Made by a program: the position numbers and the translations under genes. From the NCBI GenBank assembly GCA_024640885.1, contig JAHEEC010000007.1:1239-65238 (forward strand): a stretch of DNA of 64,000 nt, in the 5' to 3' direction. Below are positions 1 to 11,027 of this stretch, one piece after another. The notes beneath the pieces are model-generated. The model worked only from the letters and a program-made list of their open reading frames with translations. It searched no databases and was not told the DNA's origin. Numbering within the stretch: position 1 is the stretch's first letter; the number at the start of each line of letters is the position of its first letter. The stretch comes from Bacteroidota bacterium. Lineage in GTDB: Bacteria; Bacteroidota; Bacteroidia; Bacteroidales; GCA-2748055.

Positions 1-47
<47 letters not shown>

Positions 48-57
48 AAATGGATTG

Positions 58-65
58 CAAATATA
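58..65 (-). promoter_or_regulatory. Bacteroidota -7 promoter element (TATATTTG) for tRNA-Gly
   Basis: Matches the TAnnTTTG consensus about 10 nt upstream of the tRNA 5' end. Confidence 0.6.
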
Positions 66-134
66 GAACTCAAAAACCAATCCTGCAAGCCAATTCCTTC
101 TAATTTTTTGATCCACAACGATTCAAGCCGCTGG

Positions 135-2750
135 CTATAATCCAGATAGCTTCTTTATTTCGTTGAGTTTATTGAGCGCTTCCACAGGAGTGAGGTGGTC
201 GATGTCAAGGTCACGGATCTGGTCACGGATCTGCTTCAGAACCGGATCGTCCAGCTGAAAGAAGCTCATCTGCAGTCCTTCCCGCTGTCCCGCGAGCGTG
301 CCGACCGGTTTGCTCAGGTTTTTCTCACCTCCTGTCCTTTCAAGCTCCTTCAAAATCTCGTTGGCCCTTTTCACCACGCTGTTGGGCATGCCGGCCATTT
401 GGGCCACATGGATCCCGAAGCTGTGCTCGCTCCCCCCGGGAACCAGCTTTCTAAGGAAAATCACCCTGTCATTAAGCTCTTTGATGGAGACGTTGTAATT
501 CCTGATCCTTTTAAATGAGGCCTCCATCTCGTTCAGTTCATGGTAATGGGTGGCGAAAAGGGTCTTTGCCTTTCCCCCGGGCTGTTCATGGATATATTCA
601 ACCATGGCCCAGGCAATGGATATGCCATCATAGGTACTTGTACCCCGCCCGATTTCATCCAGGATCACCAGGCTCCGGTCTGAAAGGTTATTCAGGATGC
701 TGGCCGCTTCCAGCATTTCCACCATGAATGTGGATTCACCAAGGGAGATATTGTCCGAAGCTCCCACCCTGGTAAATATTTTATCCACCCAACCCATGCG
801 GGCCGACTTGGCGGGCACAAAACTGCCCGCCTGGGCCATCACCGCAATCAGTGCCGTTTGCCTTAAAAATGCCGATTTACCTGACATGTTGGGTCCGGTG
901 AGGATGATGATTTGCTGTTCACTGTCGTTCAGCAATACATCATTGGTCACGTAGGCCTCATCAATTGGAAGTTGTCGTTCTATGACCGGATGCCGCCCTT
1001 CCGTGATCTCGATGGAGGTCGACTCATTCACTTCCGGACGGCAATAGTCGTATTCAATGGCAATCCTTGCAAAGGATAGCAGGCAATCGAGACGCGCCAC
1101 CAGGGATGCATCGGTCTGAATGGCGTTCACCGATCCTGAGATCCCTGAAACCAGCTCCTGGTAGATCCGGGCTTCCAGCGCCAGGATCTTCTCCTCTGCC
1201 CCCAGGATCTTCTCCTCGTAGGACTTTAATTCCTCGGTGATGTAACGCTCGGCACTTACCAGGGTCTGCTTTCTGATCCACTCCGCAGGCACTTTCTCCC
1301 TGTGCGTGTTCCGGACTTCAATATAATAGCCGAAAACATTGTTGAACCCCACCTTCAGGCTGGTTATGCCGGTCCTCTTCATCTCCCTCTGCTGCAGGTT
1401 CACCAGGTAATCCTTACCCGAGTGCATAATTTCCCGCAGCCCATCCAGCTCTTCAGAGACACCTGCGGCAATAATCCCACCCTTATTCAATAAAGCCGGA
1501 GGAGCTTCCACAAGCTCCTTTTCAATGCGCTCCTTCACGTCACTGCAGGGATCCAGTTGGGAGGCCAGTTTCTGAAGGGAAAGCTCCCCTGACTGGCTGC
1601 AGCGCTCTTTCAGGGGGGCAATGGCCTCCAGTGCATTTTTTAACGCAACCAGTTCCCTTGGATTTACCCTTCCCACGGCGACCTTTGAGATGACCCGTTC
1701 CAGGTCCCCTATGGCGCTGATCCGATCCGCAAGGAATTCCCTGAACTCTTTCTCCTGGCTGATGTACTCCACCATATTATGTCGCTCCCTGATCAGGAGG
1801 ACATCCTTCAACGGAAGGGACAACCAGCGCTTCAGCAGGCGGGATCCCATCGGGGTAACCGCCTTGTCCATCACATCCAGCAGGGTCCTGGCCCCTTCGT
1901 AAAGGGAATGAAAAATTTCAAGGTTCCGGATCGTGAACCGGTCAAGCCACACGTAGTGATCACGTTCAATACGCGAAAGTTTTGAAATATGACCCGTGCT
2001 TGTATGCTGGGTCAGCTCCAGGTACTGCAAAACGGCCCCGCTGGCAATAATGCCGTGGCTCATCTCCTGGATCCCAAAGCCCTTCAAATTTTGTGTTTTG
2101 AACTGCCGCTGCAATTTATCCCTGGCGTTGTCCTCTGTATAGACCCAATCATCCAGCGGAAAGGTATAATAGCCTTCACCAAAGGACTCAAAAAACAGCT
2201 CGCGGTGGCTTTTTTGAATCAAAACCTCCTTGGGATTGAAGGTACTTAACAACTTATCGATAAAGGCGATGTCGCCCTGTGAAGTTAAAAATTCACCCGT
2301 GGAGATATCCAGGAATGATACGCCTCCAAGCTGCCTGTCCAGGTAGACGCTGGCCAGGAAATTATTCTCCCGGTGCTCCAATACATTCTCATTGTAGGTT
2401 ACCCCGGGTGTCACCAGTTCGGTGATCCCCCTTTTCACGATTTTCTTGGTCAGCTTTGGGTCTTCAAGCTGCTCACAGATGGCCACCCGTTCCCCGGCCC
2501 TGACCAGTTTTGGCAGGTATGTATCCAGTGCATGGTGCGGAAAACCGGCAAGCTCCACCGAAGAAGCTGCCCCATTGGCCCGCTTTGTCAGGGTGATCCC
2601 CAGGATCTCCGATGCCCTGATGGCATCTTCTCCAAATGTCTCGTAGAAATCTCCAACCCTGAAAAGCAACACGGCATCGGGATGTTTGGCCTTGACCGAA
2701 TAATACTGCTTCATCAAGGGGGTTTCAACGATATGTTTTGGCGTGGTCAA
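135..2750 (-). CDS. mutS: DNA mismatch repair protein MutS
   Basis: TPLMKQY and [11 protein letters not shown] motifs, Walker [26 protein letters not shown]. Start reassigned to TTG at 2750 because the track start at 2855 overlaps the divergent gene. Confidence 0.97.
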   Translation of the reverse strand: MTTPKHIVETPLMKQYYSVKAKHPDAVLLFRVGDFYETFGEDAIRASEILGITLTKRANGAASSVELAGFPHHALDTYLPKLVRAGERVAICEQLEDPKLTKKIVKRGITELVTPGVTYNENVLEHRENNFLASVYLDRQLGGVSFLDISTGEFLTSQGDIAFIDKLLSTFNPKEVLIQKSHRELFFESFGEGYYTFPLDDWVYTEDNARDKLQRQFKTQNLKGFGIQEMSHGIIASGAVLQYLELTQHTSTGHISKLSRIERDHYVWLDRFTIRNLEIFHSLYEGARTLLDVMDKAVTPMGSRLLKRWLSLPLKDVLLIRERHNMVEYISQEKEFREFLADRISAIGDLERVISKVAVGRVNPRELVALKNALEAIAPLKERCSQSGELSLQKLASQLDPCSDVKERIEKELVEAPPALLNKGGIIAAGVSEELDGLREIMHSGKDYLVNLQQREMKRTGITSLKVGFNNVFGYYIEVRNTHREKVPAEWIRKQTLVSAERYITEELKSYEEKILGAEEKILALEARIYQELVSGISGSVNAIQTDASLVARLDCLLSFARIAIEYDYCRPEVNESTSIEITEGRHPVIERQLPIDEAYVTNDVLLNDSEQQIIILTGPNMSGKSAFLRQTALIAVMAQAGSFVPAKSARMGWVDKIFTRVGASDNISLGESTFMVEMLEAASILNNLSDRSLVILDEIGRGTSTYDGISIAWAMVEYIHEQPGGKAKTLFATHYHELNEMEASFKRIRNYNVSIKELNDRVIFLRKLVPGGSEHSFGIHVAQMAGMPNSVVKRANEILKELERTGGEKNLSKPVGTLAGQREGLQMSFFQLDDPVLKQIRDQIRDLDIDHLTPVEALNKLNEIKKLSGL

Positions 2751-2829
2751 AGGTGATTGATTATGTTCCAAAATTAACCCAAAATACGCACTTCTTTTAT
2801 TTCTCATCTTTTTTTTCGTTATTGAGCAG

Positions 2830-4047
2830 ATGCTGTCAGGGAGATACACCCTCACCTACCTTATCTTTGCCGGCTTCTTCCTGGGGATCCTGATGGGATG
2901 GCTGGTTGGAGAACCCATCCTGGCCGTTTCGGAACCCATGCAGGAATTGTTCCTCAGGCTGTTGCGCATGGCAATCCTTCCGCTGGTGGTCACATCCATC
3001 ATCAGTGCCGTGGTGCAGGTGGGCAGCAGCAAGGGCCTCGGATTGATCACCCTCCGCACCCTCACCTACTACCTCACCACAAGCCTGCTGGCCATCCTGA
3101 CGGGACAGATCCTTGTCAATGTTTTCAAACCCGGAAGAGGTGCCAACATGAACCTTTTGGAGCAACCTGCGTCCATCGGGGTGGTGGAGCAGGGATTCGG
3201 GGCGCTTCTCATGGACATCATTCCTGAAAATCCATTTGAAGCCCTTGCCAACGGAGATGTCCTTCCTGTGATCTTCTTCTCCCTGCTTTTTGGTTTTTTT
3301 GTGACACAACTGAAAACGGACCAGCGCACATTGATGGGTAATTTTTTCAGGGCTGCCTTTGAAGCGATGATGAAACTAACCTCCTTTGTGATCTGGACTG
3401 CCCCCATCGGGGTATTTGGGATTATTGCGGGGATCGTGGCAAAGACAGGGTTCGATGCTTTTGCCTCCCTGGGAAAATTTTTCCTGGTGGTACTTGCCGG
3501 GTTGTCCATTCATTTTTTCATCACCCTGCCCCTGATCTTAAAATACCTGGGGAAGATCAGTCCGGCCAGGCATTACAGGGGAATGCTCTCTGCCCTGATG
3601 ACCGCTTTTTCAACCTGCTCCACCATCGTAACCCTACCCCTTACCATGAAAGCGGTGACAGAAAACTCCGGCGCCTCCAAAAAAGCAGCTGGCTTTGTGC
3701 TCCCCATCGGGGCCACCATCAACATGGACGGGACAGCGCTCTACGAGTGCGTGGCTGCGCTCTTTATTGCACAGGTGTATGGGTTTGAACTGGGATTGGC
3801 GCAACAGGGCATTATTGTACTCACAGCCGTAATGGCTTCAGTGGGTGCCGCAAGCATCCCCATGAGCGGCCTGGTGATGATGTCGATCATCCTGAAAGCC
3901 GTGGGCCTGCCTCTGGAGGGGGTGGCCCTGATCCTGGCGGTGGACCGGATCCTTGACATGTTCCGAACCACCGTAAACGTATTCAGCGACAGCGTGGGTG
4001 CCGTGGTGATCAGCCGCCTGGAGGGGGATCCGCCGGAGGAAAAATAG
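2830..4047 (+). CDS. Dicarboxylate/amino acid:cation symporter (DAACS, GltP-like)
   Basis: Multiple TM helices; [18 protein letters not shown] and [13 protein letters not shown] motifs. Confidence 0.92.
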   Translation: MLSGRYTLTYLIFAGFFLGILMGWLVGEPILAVSEPMQELFLRLLRMAILPLVVTSIISAVVQVGSSKGLGLITLRTLTYYLTTSLLAILTGQILVNVFKPGRGANMNLLEQPASIGVVEQGFGALLMDIIPENPFEALANGDVLPVIFFSLLFGFFVTQLKTDQRTLMGNFFRAAFEAMMKLTSFVIWTAPIGVFGIIAGIVAKTGFDAFASLGKFFLVVLAGLSIHFFITLPLILKYLGKISPARHYRGMLSALMTAFSTCSTIVTLPLTMKAVTENSGASKKAAGFVLPIGATINMDGTALYECVAALFIAQVYGFELGLAQQGIIVLTAVMASVGAASIPMSGLVMMSIILKAVGLPLEGVALILAVDRILDMFRTTVNVFSDSVGAVVISRLEGDPPEEK

Positions 4048-4080
4048 AATGGGGCCGTCCTTTTGAGACGGCCCCATTCT
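4046..4080. terminator. Hairpin between convergent genes, probable bidirectional terminator
   Basis: AGAATGGGGCCGTC-cttttga-GACGGCCCCATTCT: perfect 14-bp inverted repeat with A-rich and T-rich flanks. Confidence 0.85.
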
Positions 4081-4101
4081 TTGAGATCATTCTATGGGTG
4101 G

Positions 4102-5565
4102 TCAGAAACTGAAATCCACACCCACGGCAATAATTGAGGTGTTCTTTCCATAGGTGTCCGCATAGGGCATCGGGGAAGTGTAGCTCTTCTCATAATCCTG
4201 GTACATCACATAGACATACCCGGCGTTGATGGTGATCATTTCACCCACATCCACGAATACGCCACCTGCAACCGTATTGCTCTTCTGTGCATAACTCAGG
4301 TCGGACTGATAGGAGTCATTGACACCCAGGTTCCCGGTGGAGAATCCTGCACTGACACCCAGGATGCCCAGGAGCTTAAACTCCAGGCTTCCGCTGATGG
4401 TATATGCATTGGCATCGATGGTGGTTTCATTGTTGATCTGGGCCATATTTTCGTCCGTAGTCCCGTAGAAAGCGGACTTGTCCAGGAAATAGTTGAATCC
4501 AACGCTGGCTGTAAGATTTTTAAGGGGCTTCAACTGGGCGCCCAGCGCAAACATCCCGGGCAGATCGGCCCTGGTTTTTTCACCGTCAGGGAACATGCCC
4601 ACATCATCCACGGTGGTCTCGTTGGTCAGTTCGATCTTGGTGTGATGCTCATACCTGGCGGCAATATTGATCATATCCGTAAGATGAAAATTCACACCGA
4701 TTATAGGAGTAAAACCCGATCCCTTCTGAACAGCATCCAGGGCCTTATCGGCGGTCTGGGCATCGATGGCTCCTGCAGTGGCATCCAGGATGGCGCCAGT
4801 GAGCGGATCCATAGGCGTTACCTGGCTGCTCACCAGCCTCAGGTAGTTTCCGGGGGTCTGGGTCCCTCCGTAAGGTGCCGGGGCATTGATGGTGACGCCT
4901 GCCAGGGTCCCTTCATAGCTGTTGCTAGCGGAAACAAACCTTCCGCCAATGGCCACAGAGATCATGTCATTGATGGAATAGGTGGCTCCGGCCTGGATCC
5001 CCATGTACATGGAGGAGCCATTAAACGCCGCGGCCATGTTATAACCTGAAATGTTGGCAAATCCGGGATTTTGTCCTGTTGCCCCTTCGATGGCCTGGTC
5101 AATGGGAGCCAGGCTGCCCTGAAGCAAGGGAACCAGGTTCGAAACCGGGATCTCAAAGGAGGGAAGTCCCGATTCAAAGTTGGCGCTTCCTCCTCCCCCG
5201 ATGATATTAAAACCTGCGGAAAAGGCCCATTTATCCATTTTATATGCCGCATAAATACTTGGGAATAAAGGCGCAACAAGATCCGCTTCATAGGTCGAAG
5301 CCGGGGCATTGGTGAGGTAGGGATAACTGTTGGTAATGGTTCTGGTTTGAAAAATACTCTGGTTCGAAAGAGATAGATGTAATCCGTTTTTAAACTGTCC
5401 AAGTCCTGCCGGATTGAAGTAAATCGCGTCATTTCCAAGGGTTGCTTCCCGGGTCAGGGTCCGCGCCCAGGCTGCACTTTGATTGGTGTTTGTAACCAGA
5501 CCCCCTGCATGGATCACGGGGGTCGAAATGAGGATCGTCAATAACAACAGATTAAGTCTTTTCAT
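4102..5565 (-). CDS. OmpP1/FadL-family outer membrane transporter for hydrophobic compounds
   Basis: Signal peptide, GGLVTNTNQSA N-terminus, AIYFNPAGL motif, beta-barrel pattern, terminal Phe. Confidence 0.8.
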   Translation of the reverse strand: MKRLNLLLLTILISTPVIHAGGLVTNTNQSAAWARTLTREATLGNDAIYFNPAGLGQFKNGLHLSLSNQSIFQTRTITNSYPYLTNAPASTYEADLVAPLFPSIYAAYKMDKWAFSAGFNIIGGGGSANFESGLPSFEIPVSNLVPLLQGSLAPIDQAIEGATGQNPGFANISGYNMAAAFNGSSMYMGIQAGATYSINDMISVAIGGRFVSASNSYEGTLAGVTINAPAPYGGTQTPGNYLRLVSSQVTPMDPLTGAILDATAGAIDAQTADKALDAVQKGSGFTPIIGVNFHLTDMINIAARYEHHTKIELTNETTVDDVGMFPDGEKTRADLPGMFALGAQLKPLKNLTASVGFNYFLDKSAFYGTTDENMAQINNETTIDANAYTISGSLEFKLLGILGVSAGFSTGNLGVNDSYQSDLSYAQKSNTVAGGVFVDVGEMITINAGYVYVMYQDYEKSYTSPMPYADTYGKNTSIIAVGVDFSF

Positions 5566-5651
5566 GAGAATTCGTTTTAGTTAGCGGAGGCAAGTAAGGA
5601 AAAAAAATTGAAATTCAACATTTTCCCTTTGTTTTGGTTATTCCTAGTACC

Positions 5652-5751
5652 ATGAAGAAGAGAGTAACAGGGCTGGGAGGGGTCTTTTTCAAAGCCAGGG
5701 ACCCGGAGGGCAATAGAACCCTGGGAGCCCCTGGATGAAAGTTCGCTATGA
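5652..5751 (+). pseudogene. Remnant of a VOC/glyoxalase-family gene with an internal deletion and frameshift
   Basis: Reads MKKRVTGLGGVFFKARDPEGN, then in a shifted frame IEPWEPLDESSL*. These are the two termini of the family with the middle missing. Confidence 0.8.
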
Positions 5752-6371
5752 ATCGAAAAACAGACCCCATGAATTCATTCTGGGACAACAGGTATGATAC
5801 AACTCATTTTGTATACGGGAAGGAGCCCAATGTTTTTTTTGCCTCCCGGTTGCAGCAATATGCACCTGGCAAATTACTTCTGCCTGGTGAAGGGGAGGGC
5901 CGAAATGCGGTCTATGCAGCCAAACAAGGATGGGTGGTTGATGCATTTGACCAGAGCCGGGTGGGATCTGAAAAAGCGCTGGGATATGCCCGGGAGGAGG
6001 GGGTGGCAATAAACTACCAGGTCGCAGCACTTGAGCATTACCACTTCCTGCACAACCATTATGACGCGGCAGGACTGATCTATTTCCATGCCGTGCCTTC
6101 CCTGAGGAAAAGGTTGCACGCACAGGTGTGTGGTGCTTTGAAACCCGGAGGAATAGTGATCCTGGAAGGATTTCACACCTCCCAGCTCGGGATGGCCAGC
6201 GGCGGTCCGCAATCCCCCGACCTATTGTTTAGCGGCGACGTGATCCTGGAAGACTTTTCGGCCATGGAAACTTTGTACATCGAGGAGTTGACCCTGACCC
6301 TCGACGAAGGATCCTTTCACCAGGGAGAAGCCTGTATTGTTCGTTATATCGGGAAAAAAAATAATGCATAG
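5748..6371 (+). CDS. Class I SAM-dependent methyltransferase (TehB/TPMT-like)
   Basis: FWDNRY, YGKEPN and LLPGEGEGRNAVY motif I; LKPGG. Confidence 0.85.
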   Translation: MNRKTDPMNSFWDNRYDTTHFVYGKEPNVFFASRLQQYAPGKLLLPGEGEGRNAVYAAKQGWVVDAFDQSRVGSEKALGYAREEGVAINYQVAALEHYHFLHNHYDAAGLIYFHAVPSLRKRLHAQVCGALKPGGIVILEGFHTSQLGMASGGPQSPDLLFSGDVILEDFSAMETLYIEELTLTLDEGSFHQGEACIVRYIGKKNNA

Positions 6372-6374
6372 AAT

Positions 6375-7169
6375 ATGGACCTGGAACTCAAAGGTAAGGT
6401 GATTATGGTGGCCGCTTCCAGCAAGGGGCTGGGATTCGCCATTGCCAGGCGGGCAGCCATGGAAGGTGCGGTGGTTTCAGTCGGAAGCCGCAGCATAAAA
6501 AATATCAAAGAGGCTGCCCTCCGGATCAGGGAGGAAGTCCCCGGGGCTGTGGTGCATGCCACTTCCCTGGATGTGGCCGATCCTGGTTCCATCAGGAGCT
6601 GGGTACAGGGTACACTCAAAGAGCTGGGTACTATCGATGGATTGGTGGTAAATGGAGGCGGACCGCCGCCGGGGAGATTCGATGAGATCAACGACCGTGC
6701 ATGGCTCTCGGGCTACGAAAACACCCTGATGAGTGCGGTCAGGCTCATTCGTGAAGTATTGCCCGAAATGCGCCGAAAGCAGTCAGGGTCAATATTAACT
6801 GTCACTTCAAGTTCCATAAAGGAACCTATTGATAATCTTATACTTTCAAATGTATACAGATCAGGTGTAACAAGCCTTGTCAAGAGCCTCTCCTTCCAGG
6901 TGGCAGAAGATCAGATCCGGATCAATAACCTGGTCCCTGGATTTTTTGAAACGGATCGCTTGAATGAGCTTGATCTCCGCAATTCAGGAGAATGGCGGCT
7001 CAGCCTTGAAAACGTGAGAAAGATTAATTTTGACAAGATCCCCCTTGGAAGGTATGGGGACCCTGACGAGTTTGGGAAGGCGGCCCTGTTCCTGCTTTCG
7101 TCAGCTGCTTCCTATGTGACCGGAGAGACCTTTATCATTGATGGAGGAAAAATGCGCACTGTATGGTAG
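6375..7169 (+). CDS. SDR family oxidoreductase
   Basis: AASSKGLG Rossmann motif, NGGGPPPG, IPLGRYGDP, DGG. Confidence 0.9.
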   Translation: MDLELKGKVIMVAASSKGLGFAIARRAAMEGAVVSVGSRSIKNIKEAALRIREEVPGAVVHATSLDVADPGSIRSWVQGTLKELGTIDGLVVNGGGPPPGRFDEINDRAWLSGYENTLMSAVRLIREVLPEMRRKQSGSILTVTSSSIKEPIDNLILSNVYRSGVTSLVKSLSFQVAEDQIRINNLVPGFFETDRLNELDLRNSGEWRLSLENVRKINFDKIPLGRYGDPDEFGKAALFLLSSAASYVTGETFIIDGGKMRTVW

Positions 7170-7828
7170 CCACCCACAACCACAGGGTAAAACCGGTCAC
7201 ACTTAACTTTTCTGATCAATTATCAGAAGGGATCTTCCTCTTCGGATTTGAAAGGGATTTTGATTTCAGGGCGGGGCAGGTCATTGGCATCGCACTCCAG
7301 GAAGAGGGTCCCCGGCGACTTTACAGCATTTGCAGCGGTCCACAGGATCCTGAAATCCGTATTCTCTATAATGTCATTGAGGAGGGTTACCTGACCCCGC
7401 GGTTATCGGACCTTGAAGCGGGTGATACCATTTGGATCACCGAGCCCCGGGGTGAATTTACAGGAACCCACGATCCTGCAGTCTGGATCGCTACCGGGAC
7501 CGGGATTGCACCCTTTTATTCCATGCTCCGGTCAGGCCTGGCCGATCAAAAGGTGCTGATCCACGGGAACCGCTACCTGGAACAGTTCCACTTCTACGAC
7601 GAATTCAGCTCAGTGCTGGGAAATAACTATATCCGGTGCTGCAGTGCCGAGGAAGATGACCAGGTCTTCCATGGAAGGGTGACCGGATACCTGGGGCTGG
7701 AACCCTCCCTCAATCCCCGGTTAAAGTATTATATTTGCGGCAGTGCCGAGATGGTGGTTGATACAAGGGACCTGCTCATTGAGAAGGGGATCCCCTTCGA
7801 CCATATTATCTCCGAGATATATTTCTGA
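7163..7828 (+). CDS. Ferredoxin-NADP+ reductase-like FAD/NAD(P)-binding oxidoreductase
   Basis: RLYSICS, ATGTGIAPF and YICGSAEMV motifs; C-terminal EIYF. Confidence 0.88.
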   Translation: MVATHNHRVKPVTLNFSDQLSEGIFLFGFERDFDFRAGQVIGIALQEEGPRRLYSICSGPQDPEIRILYNVIEEGYLTPRLSDLEAGDTIWITEPRGEFTGTHDPAVWIATGTGIAPFYSMLRSGLADQKVLIHGNRYLEQFHFYDEFSSVLGNNYIRCCSAEEDDQVFHGRVTGYLGLEPSLNPRLKYYICGSAEMVVDTRDLLIEKGIPFDHIISEIYF

Positions 7829-7831
7829 TCC

Positions 7832-8857
7832 ATGCAGGAAAAACTATTTGGAAAGACGCTGGGTGAACTCAGGGAACTCTCCCTGGAACTTGGGCTTCCC
7901 GCCTACACCGGCAGGCAGATCTCCGAATGGTTGTATAAACAGGAGGTATCGCGCATCGAGGATATGACCAACCTGTCCAAGGCTGCCAGGGGCCTGCTCT
8001 CCTCCCGTTTTGACCTGGGGTTGCAGGAGCCCGTCGATGTGCAGGAATCTACCGATGGAACTAAAAAGTATCTCTTCCCCACTGCCACAGGAAAATTTAT
8101 AGAGACCGCTTTTATCCCTGACAGACAACGAAATACTGTGTGCGTATCGTCCCAGGTGGGATGTAAGATGGGTTGTCTGTTTTGCATGACCGGGAAGCAG
8201 GGATTTCAGGGGAACCTTACATCCGGCGAGATCTTGAATCAGTTCAGGAGTATTCCTGAGTGGAGAACGCTCAGCAATATCGTATATATGGGCATGGGAG
8301 AACCCCTCGATAACCTTCAGGAAGTGCTGAAAAGCCTGGAAATCCTGACCTCGGAATGGGGCTTTGGATTGAGTCCGCGCCGGATCACGGTTTCTACCAT
8401 CGGGATCACCCCGGCAATGCTTGAATTCCTGGAGAAAAGCCAGGCCCACCTGGCAGTCAGTCTGCATTCCCCCTTTGACGAGGATCGCCGGAAACTCATG
8501 CCCGTACAACAGGTCTACCCGCTTCAGGAGGTACTGAATGAGATCCGGTCCTGGGACTTTGGAAGACAGAGGAGGGTCTCCTTTGAATATATTCTGTTTA
8601 AAGGATTCAATGATTCAGCCGAACATGTAAATGAGCTTTCAAGAATCTTACACGGGATCCGCTGCCGCATCAACCTGATCCGTTTTCACCCCATTCCCGA
8701 CACCCCCCTTGAATCTCCAGATGAAAAGACCATCCTCAATTTCAGGGAGAGGCTGACGGCCAAAGGGATCACCACCACCATCCGGGCAAGCCGGGGCCAG
8801 GATATCTGGGCTGCCTGTGGTTTGCTTTCCACCAAGAGGATGCAAAAAATGGGCTGA
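7832..8857 (+). CDS. rlmN: 23S rRNA/tRNA adenine C2-methyltransferase RlmN (radical SAM)
   Basis: CVSSQVGCKMGCLFC, MGMGEP, AACGLL. Confidence 0.96.
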   Translation: MQEKLFGKTLGELRELSLELGLPAYTGRQISEWLYKQEVSRIEDMTNLSKAARGLLSSRFDLGLQEPVDVQESTDGTKKYLFPTATGKFIETAFIPDRQRNTVCVSSQVGCKMGCLFCMTGKQGFQGNLTSGEILNQFRSIPEWRTLSNIVYMGMGEPLDNLQEVLKSLEILTSEWGFGLSPRRITVSTIGITPAMLEFLEKSQAHLAVSLHSPFDEDRRKLMPVQQVYPLQEVLNEIRSWDFGRQRRVSFEYILFKGFNDSAEHVNELSRILHGIRCRINLIRFHPIPDTPLESPDEKTILNFRERLTAKGITTTIRASRGQDIWAACGLLSTKRMQKMG

Positions 8858-8902
8858 ACCCATCGATCAATGATCCACACATCCCATTAAGGTAAAAAAG
8901 GG

Positions 8903-9586
8903 ATGTCCTGGCTTTCTGAATTGCTTTTGTTCATTTTCCCGGTGAATTGCATGGTCTGCGGTAAAAATCTAACCGCATCCCATGAGGTGCTGTGCCTGGT
9001 TTGCGAGCATGAAATGCCCCGCACAGGATACGGGGACAGTCACGATAATCCGGTCAGCAAATTATTCTGGGGCAGGGTCCCGGTGGAGCTGGGGACTTCG
9101 TTGTTTCGCTTTGAAAAGGGTTCGGCGTACCAGGCCCTTCTTCATGATCTGAAGTACAGGGGAAACAGGAAGGCCGGGCTATACCTCGGGCGCTTGCTGG
9201 GATATGAACTGAGCCAAACCTGTTTTGTCCGTTGTGACCTGCTGGTCCCCGTTCCCTTGCATCGCCAAAGACTCAGGAAAAGGGGATATAATCAGAGTGA
9301 GATCATCTCCAGGGGGGTGTCGGAGGTGACAGGGATCCCGGTAGTTACCAACCTTTTGAAGAGATCCGTCCATGGACCTTCACAGACCTCCATGGGCCGT
9401 TATAAGCGCTTTTTGAATGTGTCGGATAATTTTCAACTGGCACGTAATCCCCCTGATGTGGAGGGCAAAAGGATCCTGCTGATCGATGATGTGGTGACCA
9501 CTGGAGCCACCCTGGAAGCGTGCAGTGAGGTCCTGTTCCGCCGCTTCAGGTGCCAGGTGTATATTGCGACCGTATCCTGTGCCTGA
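8903..9586 (+). CDS. comF: ComF family protein (zinc ribbon plus PRTase domain)
   Basis: CxxC pairs, VPVPLH..RGYNQS, LIDDVVTTGATL. Confidence 0.9.
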   Translation: MSWLSELLLFIFPVNCMVCGKNLTASHEVLCLVCEHEMPRTGYGDSHDNPVSKLFWGRVPVELGTSLFRFEKGSAYQALLHDLKYRGNRKAGLYLGRLLGYELSQTCFVRCDLLVPVPLHRQRLRKRGYNQSEIISRGVSEVTGIPVVTNLLKRSVHGPSQTSMGRYKRFLNVSDNFQLARNPPDVEGKRILLIDDVVTTGATLEACSEVLFRRFRCQVYIATVSCA

Positions 9587-10216
9587 TCACCGGGGGGTAA
9601 TCTTGTAGGCGGCCGTAAGGCAGAGCACATTGTGGAAATACCCCCTGTACCTGGCATAGTTCCACTCCTGGGGTGGGCGAAATGGAAATGCCGAGTAGGT
9701 GAACCTGATCCCAACCCCTGTGGTGCCATTGAACCAGTATGCAAGCCCTCCAAATACACTCAATCCAAACCGCCGGTTATCCGGATAGTTTGAAGCATTA
9801 ATGGTCCCGTCCTGGTCTTCATAGGTGACCTTAAGCAGCACCTCCGGTGAGGTCCCCGCCTCCACCTGGATCCGTTCATCATAAAGGTAATGAACCGATA
9901 ACGGCAACTCTATGTAGTGGTACCGGCTTCGATAAAGGGTGTAATCGTTGTCCGTTGGACCTTTATAAACACCCCTGGTCACATATTTTATCTCTGCCTG
10001 CCAGTAGATGTCATATTCAATGTACCGGTTCACAAACAGGCCGGTGGTCACGCCCAGTTTATTGTATCCGCCATAGGTATCGCCATCCACCTGTGAGGCG
10101 GTAATCCCCCCGAAAAACCCCGCATTGAATTGTTGACCGAAGGTGAGGGCAGAGATCAAACACAGGGAGCCCACCATGAACAGGGGCCTGCACGAAGCCA
10201 TGAAACTCCTAATCAT
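9587..10216 (-). CDS. Outer membrane beta-barrel protein (porin/PorT-like family)
   Basis: Signal peptide, SQVDGD..GYNKLG, YIELPL; alternating beta-strand pattern. Confidence 0.7.
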   Translation of the reverse strand: MIRSFMASCRPLFMVGSLCLISALTFGQQFNAGFFGGITASQVDGDTYGGYNKLGVTTGLFVNRYIEYDIYWQAEIKYVTRGVYKGPTDNDYTLYRSRYHYIELPLSVHYLYDERIQVEAGTSPEVLLKVTYEDQDGTINASNYPDNRRFGLSVFGGLAYWFNGTTGVGIRFTYSAFPFRPPQEWNYARYRGYFHNVLCLTAAYKITPR

Positions 10217-10895
10217 GAGACAATATTTTAATTAGTTCATACACCCCCGTTCCAGCTTTCTCCCTGATCACATTGATCCTTGAAAAACCGGGGACCGAAA
10301 CTTCGTTGGGATCAATGACATAGATGGGTGAGGTATATGGCACATGATTGATCAACCCTGCCGCAGGATAGACATTCATTGAGGTTCCAATAATCACGAG
10401 GATCTCTGCCCTGGAGACAAGTTCCGCTGCCTGTTCAATGGCAGGAACAGCTTCACCGAACCAAACCACGTGGGGCCTGAGCTGGGACCCTTTTTCGCAA
10501 AGGTCTCCCTCTTTCAGTTCCCATCCTTCAATTTCATACACAAGGCCTGGATCCACCGTACTTCTTGATTTTCGCAGCTCACCATGCAGGTGCATCACAT
10601 TTTTTGATCCGGCTCGCTCATGCAGGTCATCCACGTTCTGTGTAATGATCTGCACATCAAAATCCTTTTCCATTTCCACCAGTGCCAGGTGGCCCTTGTT
10701 CGGGCTGGTTTCAAGCAACTGCTTTCTTCTATCGTTATAGAAACGGAGCACCAAGGAGCGATCCCGGGCCCACCCTCCCGGACTGGCCACTTCATAGACA
10801 TCATACTCTTCCCACAGTCCTCCCATTTCGCGAAAGGTCCTCAAGCCACTCTCGGCGCTCATTCCTGCACCCGTAAGAACAACAAGCCTCTTCAT
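10209..10895 (-). CDS. cobB: NAD-dependent protein deacylase (sirtuin)
   Basis: GAGMSAESGLRTFR, TQNVDDLHERAG, HGEL, RPHVVWFGE. Confidence 0.94.
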   Translation of the reverse strand: MKRLVVLTGAGMSAESGLRTFREMGGLWEEYDVYEVASPGGWARDRSLVLRFYNDRRKQLLETSPNKGHLALVEMEKDFDVQIITQNVDDLHERAGSKNVMHLHGELRKSRSTVDPGLVYEIEGWELKEGDLCEKGSQLRPHVVWFGEAVPAIEQAAELVSRAEILVIIGTSMNVYPAAGLINHVPYTSPIYVIDPNEVSVPGFSRINVIREKAGTGVYELIKILSHD

Positions 10896-11027
10896 GGGTC
10901 CACCACGGTCAATGATCGGTTTTCAGGTTCAATTATTGTAAATATAAGATTTTGGCTGAACAATTAGTTTCGCTATTTTTAACTGTCCTCATACCAGGTA
11001 TTTCCTGGCAGATTTTTCAAAGCCTAA

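Noticed and set aside
2751-2855. N-terminal extension of MutS in the ORF track
   Set aside because: It overlaps the divergent symporter and the AT-rich promoter gap; homology begins near TPLMKQY
10209-10895. Sirtuin as an anti-phage Sir2 effector
   Set aside because: It is a standard short CobB-type deacylase with no defence partner genes
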